Part shown: piece after piece, positions 13,201-26,700 of the stretch
Position numbering within the stretch: the first letter of the stretch is position 1
Layout: every line of letters begins with the position of its first letter
Source of the DNA: Tubiluchus corallicola
Lineage: Eukaryota > Animalia > Priapulida
Reading direction: 5' to 3'
Assembly (NCBI GenBank): GCA_030141605.1
Contig: JAQGDQ010000932.1
Location: 1-64,000 of the forward strand
DNA length: 64,000 nt
Notes under the pieces: model-generated
What the model was told of the DNA's origin: nothing
The model's input: only the letters and a program-made list of their open reading frames with translations
The model's database searches: none
Made by a program: the position numbers and the translations under genes

Positions 13201-14591
13201 TGACCTTTAGAAGAACTAGAAACACAATTTCATACAACAACAATAATAATGATAATAATATTCTACATACAATGCCATTATTGTACAGTAATATAATATA
13301 CACAGTACAGTACACTCCTTTCGATTACAGATTAACATCATAAAACTTACATTATTAAAGCAGGTTTTAAAGTTAAATTGAGCCAAATTATAGATAGAGT
13401 ATAATGGATATAACGTCTGAGCAATGGCTATATGACAGCAGCTTTCTACGTGATAATCTTCCGAAATGAAACACCCAATAAACTCATAGGTTCACCTCTT
13501 GGTGGAGGCATCCTAAACTGCGACCCACACCATCTTGTAATATATCTCCTTCCCCGAGAGTCCCGCCAAGCACCACTACTATGTTTTTGCTACAGGCTGT
13601 TTGATAAAAAATTGGAAAAAATCCGGACTTGGTTCCGGAAAAACGCCCGTCAAGAGTCACCATGGCCCATGCGCGAATTCTAAGTATGCCAGATTTATCC
13701 ACCATTGAATGGGCTGTCAAACTATTACCTACGCCACCCATGGCCCATTCCCGTTCACCAGAAATAAGATGTATAAGTTTTACAAATTTTTGCGAAAATT
13801 GGTCAAAAAAGGGTGTTTTGGAGTTTTTTGCCCTCATAGGTCGGATTCGAAAAACATATTTGAATAACAAAGAAATAAACCATTAAATAATGAATATATG
13901 TCACTTGTACCAGCCATTGCACACACAAGTATAGTGATGACACATACCACTTTATGCATCTCCCAGTAAGCATCTATGATTTTCTTTATTTGCACTAGGG
14001 TCCTGGTTGATAGTATCGAAACAATTGTGGCCTCATCAGTTCCTATAAATTCAACAGTTCATGTTAATTATTGTTTTATTGCTATAGTTCTGTTTCTTCT
14101 GCCGTAACTTTATAAAGTTACTTTCTCTCTCTTTCTCTCTCTCCCTTGTTCTCTCTTCCTCTCCTCACTCACTCTCTCTCTCTTTCTCTCTCTCCCTTGC
14201 TCTCTCTCTTTCTCTCCCTCACTCTTTCTCTCTCTCCCTTGCTCTCTCTCTCTCTCTCTTTCTCTCTCTCCTTTGCTCTCTCTCTTTCTCTCCCTCACTC
14301 ACTCTCTTTCTCTCTCTCCCTTGCTCTCTCTTCTCTCCCTCACTCACTCTCTTTTTCTTTGTTACCTGACTGCCTAATCACCGATCCCCGTATCTGTTAT
14401 TGACTCTCCCGAATTGTCTGTATTTCTGTCTGTCTGCTATACTGCTATAATTTTAATTTCTACCTAGAGATTAGGATATAATGACATGCAATAAAGAACT
14501 CACCAGCTCCTGCCATTGCCGCATGAATTTTAGTTGCATCATTGTGCGGACTATGATTTGCATATGGCTTCACAGTTCCTTCCGGCTTCAT
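7288..14591 (-). CDS. Annexin family protein, divergent (8 coding exons, ~324 aa)
   Basis: Hand-spliced minus-strand GT-AG exons with consistent phases: 14591-14504 (MKPEGTVKPYANHSPHNDATKIHAAMAGAG), 14042-13948 (TDEATIVSILSTRTLVQIKKIIDAYWEMHKV), 12579-12454 (GMHWSIIQEF..RDKAFFGWAMD), 11994-11910 (GDGTDEMALVEMFATRTLEELEAIYKLY), 11102-10987 (..KFRRCVMRVAL), 10312-10087 (DPIRPD..LFACRSHERMGKCIKAWEDHNGRTMESEI..), 8089-7902 (..YWARRLYDATVGWSTDTDDMGLIRVIITNCE..AYQKKYGTSLRAAVE), 7338-7288 (GDTSGDYRTFLLNLID*). Total 975 nt. Shows annexin GxGTDE and GDTSGDY motifs. The exon 5 acceptor is the least certain boundary. Confidence 0.9.
13385..13850 (-). mobile_element. Partial MITE, same family as 26762-27367 and 49382-49660
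   Basis: Reverse-complement similarity to 26880-27360 (GAATGGGCCATGGGTGG, TTTAGAATTC.CG). Confidence 0.7.
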
Positions 14592-15129
14592 CGTTTATAT
14601 GAAATTAAGCTCGTAACACGTGGTGTACCCTAAAACAATGCGTTCAAGCCGTTAACAATGTTTGGGTGTTTCACTTAAATTTGTAAATTCAAGCTTAATA
14701 TCGATTTTCTGGCTGTTATGCACGGAAGTTTTGATGACAATTTTGGTCTTTTGATGTGAGCCAAAAAGTAGCAACAGTTAAGTGTGTGTAACTAAGCAAC
14801 GTTTATAATCGATGACTTACAGATTATAGATGGCAGCAAAATCTCCATATCGCCATAGTAACAGTTATGACGCCTTCAGACTACGTCCGCAACTTCTCAT
14901 TTACAGTGCTGCAAATTAGTTTATTCCTACAACTTTTGCAAATCTACCTAGAGTCGTTCAGGCTGTAATTTTAGATTAGGATAAGCTTGAATTATTTATA
15001 CGGGCTTCATTCTTAAGTAATAAATTCCATCGTCACCTTTGTACAGGTGACAATTTGAGGCCTTCTATTAGCAAATGTCATATAATCTGGCTAATTCGTT
15101 AGGTTATATTTTTCTTTTCAACAGTTATT

Positions 15130-16330
15130 TTGCAGAACCCCAATCGTAGACAACAACTTGCTTTGATGCATGACGCACTTATATCTGCGCTAAATTTTGC
15201 AGCTCAGAATACGCTGCCTAGTTATAAGCGCTCACAAAATCATGAACGTATAAAGGATAAAATAATACCTGGCTGGAACGAATTCGTTTCTGAAAAACAC
15301 AGACACTTTCGTCACTGTTTTTTAAATTGGTGTGCGAATGGCAAGCCTCGGAATGGAATCATCCGCTAATGAAATGCGCCTGGTACGTTCACGTTTAAAC
15401 TTGCATTGCATGAACGCAAGATCCAAGAGAAAACAATTGTCGCAGATAAAATTGCTCATAAGTTTATGAACTGTAATTATTATGAATTTTGCGCCATGAT
15501 AAAAAGGGAAACTAATTCAAGAATTTTTCTACCCCCTAAAATAGACGAAATTTCAGGCGATAAGGGCTATATGTGATATGTGGGGGGGGGGGAGCACTAT
15601 AAACAGCTTTTAAATTCTGCAAATAACAGTGACCTTGCATCAAAATTAGACTTGCAAGTTAAGTAGTAATCTAGGTACTGTGAGTTCTTTCACTGTGAGA
15701 GAAGTGCAAGAGGCCATTTCAAAACTACCTCTGCACAAATCGGCTGGAAAAGATGCAATTAAATCGGAGCACTTTAGGTACGCTTCACATAAGCTGCCAA
15801 TGGTATTATCGCTTTTATATAGCGTTTGTATCATACATCGTTTTTTGTCTGATTCTCTAATGTTGTCGGTCATTGTACCGATTGTGAAAGACAAAAATGA
15901 GGAAATTATAGCCAAGAATAATTATAGGCCAGTAGCACTATCCACAGTGTCGAGCAAACTATTAGAAATTTTATTTTTAAGCAGATACGGTAACTCAATT
16001 CAATCAACACCAAATCAGTTTGGTTACGTGAATGAACTGGCTACCGAAATGTGTTTGTATACCATGAAAGAAATTATTGACTATTATATTCAACGCCAGA
16101 GTCCAGTACACATATTATTCTTAGATGCATCTAAAGCTTTTGACCATGTAAATTACTACAAAATCTTTCTAAAACTGGTCGATACTGATATGCTTTACAT
16201 TATTATAAGATTATTAATCTTTTACTACTCTCGACAAACTATGCTTGTGAGGTGGGGAAATCTTTGCTCTAGCACATTTAAAGTCGCAAATGGTGTTTGG
16301 CAAGATGGAAAAATGTCACCCATACTACTG
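15130..16330 (+). mobile_element. Degenerate non-LTR retrotransposon ORF2 fragment (reverse transcriptase; RTEX-like)
   Basis: Motifs IIPGWNEFV..WCANGKPRNG, KSAGKDAI..EH, IVPIVKDK..NNYRPVALSTVSSKLLE, QFGY, FLDASKAFDHV, NGVWQDGKMSP. Frameshifts and stops are present. The ORF breaks off before the YADD motif into a (GTT/GCT)n tract. Confidence 0.9.
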
Positions 16331-16850
16331 ATGGTAGTTCTTGTCATTGTCATTGATGATGATGTTGATGTTGCTGTTGCTGCTGCCACTTTTGTTGTTA
16401 TTGTCATCAATGTTGCCGTGGTTGTCGCTGTAGCAGCAGCAGCAGCAGCAGTAGTTGTTGTTGTTGCTGTTGTTGTTGTTGTTGTTTTGTTGTTGTTGTT
16501 GTTGTTGCTGACTGATGCTGTGATCCTGGTGGTTTTTGTTGTAGTTGTGATTATTGTTGCTACTGCTGCTGTTCTTATAGCATGTGGTACTGTTGTTGCC
16601 CTTGATGCTTCTGGTGTTCTTGTCATTGTCATTATTGACGATGTTGTTGCTGTTGCTGTTGCTGTTGCTGGTGATGTTGTTGTTTTAACTGCAGTTATTG
16701 TCGTTTCTGTTGTTGATGATGGTGTTGCGGCTGCTGTTGCTGTTGTTTTTGACGTTGTTGTTGTTGTAGATGTCACTGTTGTAGTTGTTGCTTTTCCTGT
16801 CGCACTTCCTGCTGCTGTAGTCGTTGCTGGTACTGCTACTCTTGCACTGT
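16330..16850. repeat. Degenerate (GTT/GCT)n trinucleotide tract
   Basis: Direct reading. Confidence 0.9.
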
Positions 16851-16979
16851 TACAGTTGTGGATCAATGAACAATGATAAAAATTAGGGTTACTGAGAATT
16901 TTTTTCTAAAATTGTCTTTTACTTGGTTAGTTTCCTGTACTGCTTTTCCTTAGCCAACTTATATTAATAGAATAATCGC

Positions 16980-17131
16980 TCCCTTGCTCTCTCTCTCTCT
17001 CTCTCTGTCTCTCTCCCTCTTTTTTGCTCTCTCTCTCTCTCTTGCTTTCTCTCTTTCTCTCTCCCCTCTCTCTCTCTCTTCCTCTTCTTCACTCTCTCTT
17101 TCTCTTGCTTTCTCTGTCCTCTCTCTCTCTT

Positions 17132-17187
<56 letters not shown>

Positions 17188-17690
17188 TTGTCTCTCTCCT
17201 CCCCCCTCTCTCTCTCTCGCTCTCTCTCTCCCCTCTCTCTCTCTCGCTCTCTCTCTCTTGCTCTCTCTCCTCTCTCTTTTTCTTTCTCTCTCACTCTCTG
17301 TTTCTCTCTCTCTCGCCCAACTGGAAACAGATTACGTTTCTCTCTACCTTTCTCTCTCTTGCTCTCTTTCTCTCTCACTCTCTTGCTTCCTCTCTTTCTC
17401 TTTCTCTCTGTTTCTCTCTCTCTCTCTCTCTCTGTCACTCTCTCTCTCGCTCTCTCCCTCTTTTTCGCTCTCTGTCCCTATCTCTCGCTCTCTCCCTCTT
17501 TTTCGCTCTCTCTCTGTTTCTCTCACTCTCTCCCCCCTCTCTCTCTTGTTTTCTCTCTCCTCTCTCTCGCTCACGTGCTCTCTCTCTCTCTCTCCTTCTT
17601 TTTCACTCTCTCTCTTGCTTTCTCTCTCTTTTTCTCTCTCTTTGAGTCTTTCTGTCTCTCTCGATTCTCTTTCTCTCTCTCTGCCTCTTT
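16980..17690. repeat. (CT)n microsatellite; similar tracts at 14120-14360, 18641-18960 and (GA)n at 51210-51550
   Basis: Direct reading; these produce the spurious LSLS/ERER ORFs. Confidence 0.95.
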
Positions 17691-18320
17691 TTAAAAATTA
17701 CTCATAATACTGCCTACCTACAACTGCGTTCAATCCTCTTAATATTTAAAATAAATCAATACTATAGTTCATAATGTGTCTGTTAATTAAAATATCACTC
17801 ACCCAAGCGGTAGTCAGTGCAAAAGAAATCCGCAAAAACAAAAAAGAAAGAAAACACACACACAGGTATATATGAACAATAAAATAAAATAAATTAAAAT
17901 AATGATAATAAAAATTGCAGATCTATTGCTTTGCTTCGCATTCGAGTTTACACGCTGAAAATATAAACCAGAATGACGCTGCTTTGCGCAAGGCCTTCCA
18001 AACTCGCGTAGTCTTGGAAACGCAAACGCTAGTCTTGAAAACAATGGGCGATTGTCATCGTACTTCCCAACCTTACATAGAGTTTAGTTTAAACACAATT
18101 TATTTAGGATTCGATCAGACTGTTTGTACAACATGATTTAGGATCCTCGCCACAACAGACTTTATACACTATTTACAAGAACATCTACAGTAAGAATAGA
18201 CTATAACTACACAAGCTGACAAGTTTTACTACAGGGTTACATTAGACATTAGTAGAAAATGACGGTTAGAAAGAATTAATGTACGAATATTTAAGACATG
18301 CATTTTATATCAGATAGAAA

Positions 18321-18554
18321 CTACTGGAAGCGTTTAGTACGTAATATGAAGTCATGTATACATTGGAATATTTTACAGGCAGCAACATAGTTAAATTCAT
18401 CTTTTCCGAGTAATAACAACCTCAGCAGATCATTATTTCCTAAGGCAGCTATATTAAGGTTTTCGGGCAGAAGTATTTTATTTAATTTATCAAACATAAC
18501 TACCCTAGCATACCTTACATATATTATGCTATGAAAAATTTGAAAACTTGCCAC
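18321..18554 (-). mobile_element. 3'-terminal relic of a CR1/L2-group LINE ORF2
   Basis: LLLLGKDEFNY..KIFQCIHDFILRTKRF* resembles the LLxG...IF..V..FI..TKRF C-terminus of such LINEs. Recognised from memory of the family, not from a search. Confidence 0.55.
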
Positions 18555-18638
18555 TATTCACACAGTTACTCTTTTTGCGAAAATATGTATCCAGTGCATG
18601 CTAAAAGTTTTTGCAAGTATGCAAGTATTCATTAAACA

Positions 18639-18739
<101 letters not shown>

Positions 18740-18785
18740 CTCTCTCTCTCTCTCTCTTTCTCTCTCTTGCTCTCTTTCTCTCTCA

Positions 18786-18963
<178 letters not shown>

Positions 18964-19166
18964 CCAACTGGAAACACATTACGTTTGCCGCCAAAACTTA
19001 CTGTGGCAAAGTAAATATGATGCCAAGCAAGCACACAAATGATGTAACGACAAAATCTAATGGCAGAATACTGCATAAAACTAATGTGGGAATGAAATGA
19101 AATTACAAAACTTGAAATTACGAAACGTGCCCATGCATATGATAATCCAAAACGTTATTTTAACAT

Positions 19167-19512
19167 TGTTGTTGGCATCCTTCTGCCTCAGAAGACAATG
19201 GAGTGTGCGCCGAGAGAGTCAGTTATTGATCAATTGATGGAGCCGCAGCGTCGACTGTGGCTGAGCAGTGCGATCCTTGAACCATTGGAGTGGCCTCTCC
19301 ATGGCGCACACGCCTGGGCAAGGTGTACGTAGATCCTCCGCTCTCTAGCCGTTGGCTGTTTGTGCAGCTCCTCTGCCTAGTGTCGAGATACATTGTGGGC
19401 ATCCCCCAGGCCCACAGCACCTGGTCACCCATCCAAGCACTAACCAAGCTCTACGTTGCTTAATTTAGGAGATCAGACGAGAACCAGTGTTTTCAATGTG
19501 ATATGGCCGTAG
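19167..19512 (-). mobile_element. 5S rRNA-derived SINE (SINE3-type), internally deleted copy
   Basis: The reverse strand begins CTACGGCCATATCACATTGAAAACACTGGTTCTCGTCTGATC (5S) and ends GAAGGATGCCAACAACA. There is a 10-bp TSD ATTTTAACAT (19157-19166 / 19513-19522). Homologous to 37050-37609. Confidence 0.9.
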
Positions 19513-20873
19513 ATTTTAACATCGTGCCCTTTAAAAATATGGGCAAACAGATCACGAAGTTGAGAAGTACAGTTACGAAAAGAAAATCCAACTGTAAGAA
19601 AAGTGCACACTACACCTCTTGAGCTTCTACTGAATAATGAAAAAATGCTCGTTTAAAGGAGTCAAGATTGAGAAAATACTCGCACTAGATTTATTTTATT
19701 AACAGAAGGATTATCTAGAGTTTCAACGGAAGATGTGACTGTAACCACAGTGAAAAACAAATTGTTGAACATCTGTTTTTGCTGCTGCTTGGCAAACGAA
19801 CCGTTGTTTATTGAACCGTAGAACCGAATACAAAAGACTGTTTACACTAGAAGCAAAAAAAGAAACATAATACAATAATGCAATTAAGGCACTTCTATAA
19901 AAATTGATTCTAGAATGGCCCAGAAAATCTTTGAACGCGGATCAGAAAAGCATGTAAAATTTTATAAACGCTCATCAACATGTTCAGTCGTTCACTTGTT
20001 GTTATTGATAATGTAGCTAATGCGTGCTTGTCAGGCCAGACCTGTAGTGTCCAGACAGGCACGAACATTGGCCTCGATGATTATTAGTTGATTAAAGCCC
20101 AGGTACCACTGTGAAAATAAGCAATTTTTTCCTTTATTAAGTTACCTCAGGGTAACTTGTATTTTAATAAATTTATCTAAATACTGTAGATTAGAAAAGA
20201 ACAGACTCAGTTACTTTGATAGTGATGGCTTGCAAAAAAATCTTATGTTAGAAATATAGGACACGGGAGGTTTCCCGTATTGTAAGCCAGTAGAACTAGA
20301 AACAGAAACGAAGTAAAATTGTGTGTTCTCATTATTCGCTATATTATAAAGCAAGTAGCTATTGTTCTTTAAAATAGGAGCATTCCTTAATAAAAGCCAG
20401 CTTTATTTATAATCTGTTCATCATCATTAGCGATTGTTCGGATGTTTTCAATCTGTTTTTCAACGTTTATTTTCGGGCCCTCTCTTAACAAATTTTAAAC
20501 CTGGAATATTATCGGAAGTAGGTTGCGATAATTTTTTGACGTAGTTTTTTTAAAACTAATATGCACGCATAATTTTTGTGGATCGTCATGGCTTTTATGC
20601 TAAATTTATTGAGAAAACCTATTATTAATATTATGCATGACCAACCAGTTTCCATCATTCTATTTCTATGCAAGACATGCAGTGGTTGAAAAGCATCTGT
20701 GATAATTGGACGGTTTCTTCACAAGCATTTAATTCCCTGGTATTGGTTGTGTGTGCCACAGCTTAACGCACATTTATACGTATGTGTTGACACACTCACA
20801 GCACCACAAGTTTGCATTCAGCATTCTTCAGCAAGGCCTATTCATTGGCTGTGGCGAGACCAGACCCTGGTTG

Positions 20874-21598
20874 GGCGCTATTACACTTTCGCACCGCCTA
20901 GCTTTTTCTAGGCTCGTACATCATTATTCTATTATTCTTACGTCATCAGTGAATGTTTCCGCTAATCTAATTGTAATTTAATCATATATTTAGGTATAAT
21001 TACCAATAATTACGCTGTATTCGCAGTTCTACACCTATACAGGTCGTGTCGCCATCTTGTTTGTGTGTGTAGTCACGTGACGAATTTCGTACTAGTTGAT
21101 GCATTATCAGGGCCTAGCTTAAAAGCACGTGACACACTTTCATCTTCACCGCATTTACGAAATAAAGAAAAAACCTTTACTTTTTTTATAATCTAATAGT
21201 AATAATACTACAGTAATAAATAAAATTAATGATAAATAACTGTTCCGTTCCAGGCCCACCCGTGATACGATACAAACTCCCGTAGCTGCAACCCTAATAA
21301 TCATAAAGTATGCGAAGAAACTAAAAATACTTGTTAAGGGCCACATCGTCACTGCGCGAGAGCGATTGCGCATTAGTGGTGTAAACACGGTTATTCACGT
21401 GGAGCTTTTTGCGTAATGGCGGCGGTAAGTAATGTATGATTTTAACCTGATTTTAATCTGGAATTATAAAGCCTAAAAACCTATAATATTATGGGAATAT
21501 GGTGTATATTACGCCTGTTGGTCTGCTTTCTGGCCTGCAGGCGTGAAAACAACGAATAGGCCAGGAAAAGCTAGGCGGTGCGAAAGTGTAATAGCGCC
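20874..21598 (+). mobile_element. Non-autonomous TIR element (Mutator/MULE-like), copy 1; carries the putative AGGF1 promoter and first exon
   Basis: TIRs GGCGCTATTACACTTTCGCACCGCCTAGCTTTT / AAAAGCTAGGCGGTGCGAAAGTGTAATAGCGCC. 9-bp TSD CCCTGGTTG (20865-20873 / 21599-21607). A second copy is at 44771-45506. Confidence 0.9.
20938..21430 (+). promoter_or_regulatory. Putative housekeeping-type promoter inside the element
   Basis: CRE-like TTACGTCA (~20938), reverse YY1-like CGCCATCTTG (21050-21059), E-boxes GTCACGTGAC (21072-21081) and CACGTG (21126, 21396), GCGCGAGA..TGCGCA (21353-21372), and AATGGCGGC followed by donor GTAAGT at 21425. Motif matches only; no expression data. Confidence 0.45.
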
Positions 21599-23691
21599 CC
21601 CTGGTTGTTTATGAAGAATGGGCTATGATGAGCAACTGAACTGACAGAGGTGGCTCGTATATACGTCTTTGGTGAATGAAGTCATCTAGATTGAATATCG
21701 AATCCAGGCTTGGCTTTTTATCCAGCCCAGATGTTGTCTCAAGCGCAATATGCAGACACACTTTTTTAGGATAAGAATTGTGATGACAGATTATTTCTTT
21801 TTTGAAAGTGTCAGGAAAGGTGTTGCATTGTTTTCGCCTTGTCCCTATTGGTCTTGGGGACTGAAAAGGTATCTATTCTCAGTGAGCTTAATCATTTCAA
21901 ATTAACATCTTTGACTTGCGTTACCATATGAAATTAACTAGCTATTCGCTTCATATACATTTGTGTGCTTGCAAACCAAAATCATCCATAAATCAGCATA
22001 GTTAAAACTACATTATTATGGTTCAAAGCTGAATGTACCAAAATTTTTGTCAAATGTCAATTTTTAAAAACAAACACAAAACTAAAACAATTTTTTATAA
22101 AAACAGACACTAAATATATTTAACTTTTATATTCTGGCATCAAATTATCAAGAAAATGTCCAAAAAATACTAAAAATTTAATTTTATAACTCTGTGACCA
22201 CTTTTCTGACTAGAAACTAGTACTGCAATTGTAAAAAAACTTGTATTTTCAAACTCCAATAGTAGCTCGTGGAAGCAGTCATTTTTCTTCTATTTTTTAT
22301 GTTAACAAGCCCAAATCTTCACCAGGAAGAGCCATCTACTGGATTTAAGCAAAACTTCAATGCATTCTTGCAAAGTCCGTAGCAACCATCATTTGTGCGG
22401 TTGCTAAGTGTTTTGTAGAAACACAACAATGGCTGACTTTAACATCGACTTTCTTAAGATTATATTTCAGTGTGCAGCCTGCACCTCAACTTCAACGTTG
22501 ATTATCTCAGCTTAGAAATAACATAGAGCAATGAATTTGGTATCAAAATGATCCTCATGAAATGGAGATTCTGTGAATAACTAGAAAAGCTTAATTGCCA
22601 ACTTGCCGACGATTTTGCTATGCAAGCATATATGAAGTTAACTAGCTATATGCTTTAAATATTTATACGTTATTAAATGTCGGATAAAATTAAGTACATT
22701 GAAAATAATATACATTTATATATGTGGCGTAAAAAAATGTACAGATGTTCTGATCACGACTTTATCAGAAAAAAATAACAGAATTCCAAACTAATTTGAA
22801 AATTCCTAAACTGATGTTAAAAATGCTTACATTTTAGGTCACTCCCTTATATTTTTCCAAAGATACGGTAGTTTTTAGATAGCAAGTCAAAAAATTAAAT
22901 GCCAAAAAAAATTTTCGTGCGTCACTAAATTTACAACAAATGCTCAATGCATCCACCATTTTCACTACAAACTATATAAAGGCATTTCTTCCATCAGTTG
23001 ACATAGTTTCTCACTTCTGTAAGGGGTACTTGGTCTCAGCACTCTATTGCCTTTATTTGTTTTGCACCAAAGGTCAGTGTGTGACCATCGTATACTTTCT
23101 CTCTAAAGAAATTCCAGACGCCATAATCCAGAGAATTAATCCTTTCAGTAGTTGCTTTTTAACAGGGCCGCATTGTTTTTTGCACATTGGATAATAATTC
23201 CTTGTGGTGTGTTACTGAAACAGAATCTTGTAAATAAACAAATAGTCAATTTTTATTCTTGTGAATGAGTCTTCTCCACGCATTCCTGTTGTTGACCATC
23301 TCTTCATTTATGTCTTCAATTCCCACAAGATCTTCACCGACTCTTCTTTTCAGGTGTCCATACCATCGCAATCTTGCGAGGCTTCCACTACTTTTACTGT
23401 TCCTCTGATATTATTATTTCTAATTTTATCTCTTCTTGTTATTCCCACCATTCATCTCAACGTCCTCATCTCCACCACACCCATTTTCTTCTCTTCGGTC
23501 GTCTTTAGAGAAGCTGCTTCCAGCCCATAGATTAGAGCGGGTCTGACCACTTCTTTGTGGACTTTCCCTTTATGTCTCACCGACTCATTCATAGAAGGTT
23601 CTGTCATAGTCATTTGTTATTAAACACTAATATTGAATATTAGTTTTATATATACACATGCACACAGATGCATGCACACATTAAATATACA

Positions 23692-23732
<41 letters not shown>

Positions 23733-26700
23733 ACTCAGTTTTTATCGTAACGTTAGTCTTGTGATATGTATCATATCGTGACTTAGGTACATTCTTACAG
23801 CCCCAGTTACTGGTTTGCTATAGAAATCTCTATTCAGCAGAAGCATTATGTCTGTAGGTAATGGTGATCAGTTTTAACATGGAAGACGGCGAAATTGACG
23901 TTGAAGATATCTCTTCCTCGGTACGGCGTCTCCACGACGAAATCAGTAGCTTAAAGGCGGATTTGTCGTTTGCGCAAGAAAAGCTGAACGACTATCAGCG
24001 CTTGTACGACGAGGCAAACATTCGTAATGACGGTTTACAGCAGCAGGTATCGTAGATTCTGAGTTTAAAACAAAAGCCAAGTCACTCGGAAAGTTGAGCT
24101 TATTTTAATATCTGGGAAAAACGTTAGAAAGTTTTAGGAATAAAATAAACGATAAATGCCTTATGTAATTAGCAAAATCAGTAATTTAAAGTCGTCACTT
24201 TACGCTTGGTCGCACCCATTTTAGACGGAAAATGGCCTCATCCGGTTTCCGTGCAATATAAACACTTATCCCGCCAGGTGCTTCAGAATGTTTTTTAACT
24301 TATAGAGCGAACTCTGTAGACTAAGTAACCAGCCCGGCACCTACTACGTGCTGGCAAGTTTACATGTATATTTAAAAGTCAACAAAATTATTTACACAAT
24401 TAATGTTAATTACTTACACATTTTAAGGTGTAATCCTGTAGATCAAAGCAACGTAACCACCTTAAATTTGATCATATTTGATCGAATAACTAATTTCTAG
24501 ATAAACTCAGTTAAACACAACATTAGAATAACGGAATTTCTAAGCAAACTGTAGACATTTTTAAACGCATACCTTCATACAGGTTGCCTTCACGGCATTC
24601 CCGCTGCCCAGCAGACGCCAGCTTAAGTCAGTTCATTTTGGCGGGAGATAAGAAATATTTAATATTTAAATTTCTTTTACTGTTTTAAAAGAGCATTCTC
24701 TGCACATATATTTTGGGATGATTTTAATAATTTTAATTGTACATTAAAATGCAGTAAAAGTTCCTCAAGGGTTGGTTCTGCCTCTAAAGTCTGTAAAAAA
24801 AACTTTTCTTAGCTTGAAATGGGGAAACGAAATTATGCTGCATATGACGGCATTAAACTGCTTGTGGTTTGTTAGGTGGAGAGACTTCAGAAGGAATTAA
24901 AGTGCCACAAGTCTCTTCCTGTAAGTACCAAAGATGTAGCTATACAGAATGAAGATCACGAACAGGAACAACCGACATCGGAAGCTTCAGATGAACCAGT
25001 TCTTAATAATTCATACTGGAGTCAGGCAATTGGCGAAACAGTAAGTTTTTATTTAAATTTTGTAGTAATGCTTTATGCTTTAGGCTGGCTACAAAAAAAT
25101 ATTTTTGTCTTACCTCATGAGCTCAAAAGATATCCGTAAGAAGGGAGGAATTTTTTAAATTTTTTTTTCAAAGCTGTGTGAATGTTTAAAGCTAAGTCGT
25201 GAAATATTTAAAATCAGTTGAAATCAAAGTTGGTTTATTTCCCCCTGTGTAGCAGTAATGTTTTCAATTTTTTCAGTACCCCATTTCCTGATTCGTTTTT
25301 TAGTTTCGCATTACTAAGTTATCGTATAATTATTCTATAGCTTCTTTTTTGTATGCTGAATGTATGTGTTACTAATTATGTTATAGGCGGCAACACTGCT
25401 TGGTCATTAGTACTCCAGCTTGGCGAAAAATTCGATATTTTTAAGCCTCCAATGCAATGAGCATATTACAAAACGGCAACCCTGGCTGAGAGTTACACGT
25501 GGAAAAACATGGCCGTGTGTTGCGTTCCACGGAAGAACGACGTTTTAATGATTATTACATTTTTTTTCACATTCATTTTAGGTATCAATAGCTGAGAGTC
25601 TTAAAGCCACAGCTGAAGCGGCTGTACTACAGTCTGGTTACGTTTACGATGAGAATTCCGGGTTGTATTATGATTATAACACTGGATGCTATTACGACTC
25701 GGTAAGATTGCTCATGTGCATTTTTCCCTGTAGTATTCCATTTTTGCATAAAACCAACTGAGTTTATGCTGTTAGGTTACTGGTTTTCTCATCATTTAAA
25801 GGAAAATAGTACGATTTTTCGTATCACATCCCCTCTTGAAGTACAGTAATAAATATACGTTTTAACGCCCATAATACTGCCATTGAAAGATTTGCAATAA
25901 TTAAATAATAGGTTAAAAGCTTAATTAACGTCCGGTAAGTCCAATTGTTGATGACATCACAACTGAACATAATTTTCAATTGCACAAATATTCCACGAGT
26001 GTGTTGCACGTGTTTGTGAAAGAGAAAATTGAAGTACAGTGCTACTGTAAGATATTCAGTGTGTTGTACTAAAACTAGGCAAGTTTTAAGATAAAAAATC
26101 AAATTTCAAATTTACCACTGTGCTCACGCATGTGCTGTCGAATGTGTGTAGTTCATCACAAACTAACACATCTGAACTGAGAGGTACAGCACCCGTTTTT
26201 GTGCAGTGCATTTCCGACAGGTACAGCACAAACATTCCACGAGCGTGTTGTGCACTTGAACTTGCAAAAGTGGAAATTGAAGCTCAGCGCGACTGTACAT
26301 GATTCAGTGTGATATAAAAAAACTCTGCGAATTTAAAATTGAAATATTGAGTTTTTGATCCTCTCTTCATATTTGAAATTCTGCAAGATAACTCAATTTT
26401 TGCTACACGAGGCGAATTTCTTTTCGATGTTATTGAACAACAAGCGAGAACAGAAACAATAACTTTCGCTATACTTTAGGAGAGAGCCTTGTATTACGAT
26501 CCAAGGACTGGCGCTTATTATACTTACGATCAGAGCGGGCAGACGTACCTTTTCCACTCGCAAGTTCAGCTTCCTTCTTACTCGACTGTGAGTGAATCTA
26601 CCTACTCGCATCATCAACGCGATGCAGAGTCACGAAATCCCGTTACTGCAAAGAAGACGAAAAGTGTGCATTCGGATGAGGTACGTTACTGAATTACACA

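Noticed and set aside
16225-16866. 213-aa Thr/Ala-rich mucin- or antifreeze-like ORF, and the hydrophobic tail on the RT ORF
   Set aside because: Both are readings of a degenerate trinucleotide tract, with no signal peptide or splice support.
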